A DNA stretch of 64,000 bases from Macrostomum hystrix (Eukaryota > Animalia > Platyhelminthes), in assembly GCA_950097015.1 (NCBI GenBank), contig CATNEN010000025.1, positions 6,820,001 to 6,884,000 on the forward strand. Direction: 5' to 3'. Shown here piece by piece: positions 60,101-64,000 of the stretch. Numbering within the stretch: the stretch's first letter is position 1; every line of letters begins with the position of its first letter. The translations under genes and the position numbers were made by a program. Below the pieces are notes generated by a model. That model was not told the DNA's origin. It searched no databases and saw nothing but the letters and a program-made list of their open reading frames with translations.

Positions 60101-63100
60101 TGAGGCTGGGGAACTGAGGAGTGTGAGGCTAGAGAACTGAGAAGTGTGAGGCTGGGAAACTGAGGAGTGTGAGGCTAGGGAACTGAGGAGTGTGAGGCTG
60201 GGGAACTGAGGAGTGTGAGGCTGGGGAACTGAGGAGTGTGAGGAGTGTAAGGCTGGGGAACTGAGGAGTGTGAGGCTAGAGAACTGAGAAGTGTGAGGCT
60301 GGGAAACTGAGGAGTGTGAGGCTAGGGAACTGAGGAGTGTGAGGCTGGGGAACTGAGGAGTGTGAGGCTGGGGAACTGAGGAGTGTGAGGCTAGGGAACT
60401 GAGGAGTGTGAGGCTGGGGAACTGAGGTGTATGAGGCTAGGGAACTGAGGAGTGTGAGACTGGGGAACTAAGGAGTGTGAGGCTGGGGAACTGAGGAGTG
60501 TGAGGCTGGGGAACTGAGGAGTGTGAGACTGGGGAACTAAGGAGTGTGAGGCTGGGGAACTGAGGAGTGTGAGACTGGGGAACTGAGGAGTGTGAGGCTA
60601 GGGAACTAAGGAGTGTGAGGCTAGGGAACTGAGGAGTGTGAGACTGGGGAACTGAGGAGTGTGAGGCTAGGGAACTGAGGAGTGTGAGGCTGGGGAACTA
60701 AGGAGTGTGAGGCTAGGGAACTGAGGAGTGTGAGACTGGGGAACTGAGGAGTGTGAGACTGGGGAACTAAGGAGTGTGAGACTGGGGAACTGAGGAGTGT
60801 GAGGCTAGGGAACTGAGGAGTGTGAGACTGGGGAACTAAGGAGTGTGAGGCTAGGGAACTGAGGAGTGTGAGACTGGGGAACTAAGGAGTGTGAGGCTAG
60901 GGAACTGAGGAGTGTGAGGCTAGGGAACTGAGGAGTGTGAGGAGTGTGAGGCTGGGAACTGAGGAGTGTGAGGCTAGGGAACTGAGGAGTGAGGCTAGGG
61001 AACTGAGGAGTGTGAGGAGTGTGAGGCTGGGGAACTGAGGAGTGTGAGGCTGGGGAACTGAGGCGTATGAGGCTGGGGAACTGAGGAGTGTTAGGCTGTG
61101 GAACTGAGGTGTATGAGGCTGGGGAACTGAGGAGTGTGAGACTGGGGAACTAAGGAGTGTGAGGCTAGGGAACTGAGGAGTGTGAGACTGGGGAACTAAG
61201 GAGTGTGAGGCTAGGGAACTGAGGAGTGTGAGGCTAGGGAACTGAGGAGTGTGAGGAGTGTGAGGCTGGGAACTGAGGAGTGTGAGGCTAGGGAACTGAG
61301 GAGTGAGGCTAGGGAACTGAGGAGTGTGAGGAGTGTGAGGCTGGGGAACTGAGGAGTGTGAGGCTGGGGAACTGAGGCGTATGAGGCTGGGGAACTGAGG
61401 AGTGTGAGGCTGGGGAACTGAGGAGTGTGAGGCTGGGGAACTGAGGCGTATGAGGCTGGGGAACTGAGGAGTGTGAGGCTGGGGAACTGAGGCGTATGAG
61501 GCTGGGGAACTGAGGAGTGTGAGGCTGGGGAACTGAGGTGTATGAGGCTGGGGAACTGAGGAGTGTGAGGCTGGGGAACTGAGGAGTGTGAGGCTGGGGA
61601 ACTGAGGAGTGTGAGGCTGGGGAACTGAGGAGTGTGAGGAGTGTAAGGCTGGGGAACTGAGGAGTGTGAGGCTAGAGAACTGAGAAGTGTGAGGCTGGGA
61701 AACTGAGGAGTGTGAGGCTGGGGAACTGAGGAGTGTGAGGCTGGGGAACTGAGGAGTGTGAGGCTGGGGAACTGAGGAGTGTGAGGCTAGGGAACTGAGG
61801 AGTGTGAGGCTGGGGAACTGAGGTGTATGAGGCTAGGGAACTGAGGAGTGTGAGACTGGGGAACGAAGGAGTGTGAGGCTAGGGAACTGAGGAGTGTGAG
61901 GCTGGGGAACTGAGGAGTGTGAGGCTGGGGAACTGAGGTGTATGAGGCTGGGGAACTGAGGAGTGTGAGGCTGGGGAACTGAGGAGTGTGAGGCTGGGGA
62001 ACTGAGGAGTGTGAGGCTGGGGAACTGAGGAGTGTGAGGAGTGTAAGGCTGGGGAACTGAGGAGTGTGAGGCTAGAGAACTGAGAAGTGTGAGGCTGGGA
62101 AACTGAGGAGTGTGAGGCTAGGGAACTGAGGAGTGTGAGGCTGGGGAACTGAGGAGTGTGAGGCTGGGGAACTGAGGAGTGTGAGGCTAGGGAACTGAGG
62201 AGTGTGAGGCTGGGGAACTGAGGTGTATGAGGCTAGGGAACTGAGGAGTGTGAGACTGGGGAACTAAGGAGTGTGAGGCTAGGGAACTGAGGAGTGTGAG
62301 GCTGGGGAACTGAGGAGTGTGAGGCTGGGGAACTGAGGAGTGTGAGGCTGGGGAACTGAGGCGTATGAGGCTGGGGAACTGAGGAGTGTGAGGCTGGGGA
62401 ACTGAGGTGTATGAGGCTGGGGAACTGAGGAGTGTGAGGCTAGAGAACTGAGAAGTGTGAGGCTGGGAAACTGAGGAGTGTGAGGCTAGGGAACTGAGGA
62501 GTGTGAGGCTGGGGAACTGAGGAGTGTGAGGCTGGGGAACTGAGGAGTGTGAGGAGTGTAAGGCTGGGGAACTGAGGAGTGTGAGGCTAGAGAACTGAGA
62601 AGTGTGAGGCTGGGAAACTGAGGAGTGTGAGGCTAGGGAACTGAGGAGTGTGAGGCTGGGGAACTGAGGAGTGTGAGGCTGGGGAACTGAGGAGTGTGAG
62701 GCTAGGGAACTGAGGAGTGTGAGGCTGGGGAACTGAGGTGTATGAGGCTAGGGAACTGAGGAGTGTGAGACTGGGGAACTAAGGAGTGTGAGGCTAGGGA
62801 ACTGAGGAGTGTGAGGCTGGGGAACTGAGGAGTGTGAGACTGGGGAACTAAGGAGTGTGAGGCTGGGGAACTGAGGAGTGTGAGACTGGGGAACTGAGGA
62901 GTGTGAGGCTAGGGAACTAAGGAGTGTGAGGCTAGGGAACTGAGGAGTGTGAGACTGGGGAACTGAGGAGTGTGAGGCTAGGGAACTGAGGAGTGTGAGG
63001 CTGGGGAACTAAGGAGTGTGAGGCTAGGGAACTGAGGAGTGTGAGACTGGGGAACTGAGGAGTGTGAGACTGGGGAACTAAGGAGTGTGAGACTGGGGAA

Positions 63101-64000
63101 CTGAGGAGTGTGAGGCTAGGGAACTGAGGAGTGTGAGACTGGGGAACTAAGGAGTGTGAGGCTAGGGAACTGAGGAGTGTGAGACTGGGGAACTAAGGAG
63201 TGTGAGGCTAGGGAACTGAGGAGTGTGAGGCTAGGGAACTGAGGAGTGTGAGGAGTGTGAGGCTGGGAACTGAGGAGTGTGAGGCTAGGGAACTGAGGAG
63301 TGAGGCTAGGGAACTGAGGAGTGTAAGGAGTGTGAGGCTGGGGAACTGAGGAGTGTGAGGCTGGGGAACTGAGGCGTATGAGGCTGGGGAACTGAGGAGT
63401 GTGAGGCTGGGGAACTGAGGTGTATGAGGCTGGGGAACTGAGGAGTGTGAGGCTGGGGAACTGAGGCGTATGAGGCTGGGGAACTGAGGAGTGTGAGGCT
63501 GGGGAACTGAGGCGTATGAGGCTGGGGAACTGAGGAGTGTGAGGCTGGGGAACTGAGGTGTATGAGGCTGGGGAACTGAGGAGTGTGAGGCTGGGGAACT
63601 GAGGAGTGTGAGGCTAGAGAACTGAGAAGTGTGAGGCTGGGAAACTGAGGAGTGTGAGGCTAGGGAACTGAGGAGTGTGAGGCTGGGGAACTGAGGAGTG
63701 TGAGGCTGGGGAACTGAGGAGTGTGAGGCTAGGGAACTGAGGAGTGTGAGGCTGGGGAACTGAGGTGTATGAGGCTAGGGAACTGAGGAGTGTGAGACTG
63801 GGGAACTAAGGAGTGTGAGGCTAGGGAACTGAGGAGTGTGAGGCTGGGGAACTGAGGAGTGTGAGACTGGGGAACTAAGGAGTGTGAGGCTGGGGAACTG
63901 AGGAGTGTGAGACTGGGGAACTGAGGAGTGTGAGGCTAGGGAACTAAGGAGTGTGAGGCTGGGGAACTGAGGAGTGTGAGGCTGGGGAACTGAGGAGTGT
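54195..64000. repeat. 23-bp satellite (CTGGGGAACTGAGGAGTGTGAGG), reverse complement of the 50560-53174 unit, running off the window end
   Basis: At least 9.8 kb, with kb-scale higher-order duplications. Confidence 0.98.

Overview
This is eukaryotic (animal) genomic DNA, not prokaryotic. GC-rich exons with poly-Ala/Gly runs, GT-AG introns and the heavy minisatellite load suggest a free-living flatworm such as Macrostomum (inference, not verified). I reconstructed four spliced genes by hand. (1) GID8/TWA1, a CTLH-complex subunit (minus, 2 exons). (2) An unnamed two-Ig-domain type I membrane protein (plus, 3-4 exons). (3) Vsx/Chx10/ceh-10, a paired-like homeobox gene with a CVC domain (minus, 4 exons). 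(4) A TP53I11/PIG11 homologue (minus, 5 coding exons, only partly visible in the ORF track). About half the window (roughly 31 kb by my tally) is tandem repeat from about 20 different units. There are also two hAT-type MITE families and a modular tRNA-derived SINE family. Main observations: one hAT MITE family whose internal 16-bp minisatellite spans about 0.24, 0.87 and 6.2 kb in three copies, each with its own higher-order structure; two 23-bp arrays in inverted orientation around a 1-kb promoter-like island; a CAG/TAG tandem acceptor that could switch a receptor's cytoplasmic tail on or off; an intron made almost wholly of branch-point-like (ACTG)78; an array of nuclear-receptor IR0-like palindromes; and a TAATCC cluster in Vsx. 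All very long ORFs in the track are repeat artefacts. No CRISPR array, rRNA or intact tRNA gene was found. Coordinates were counted by hand and repeat boundaries are approximate.
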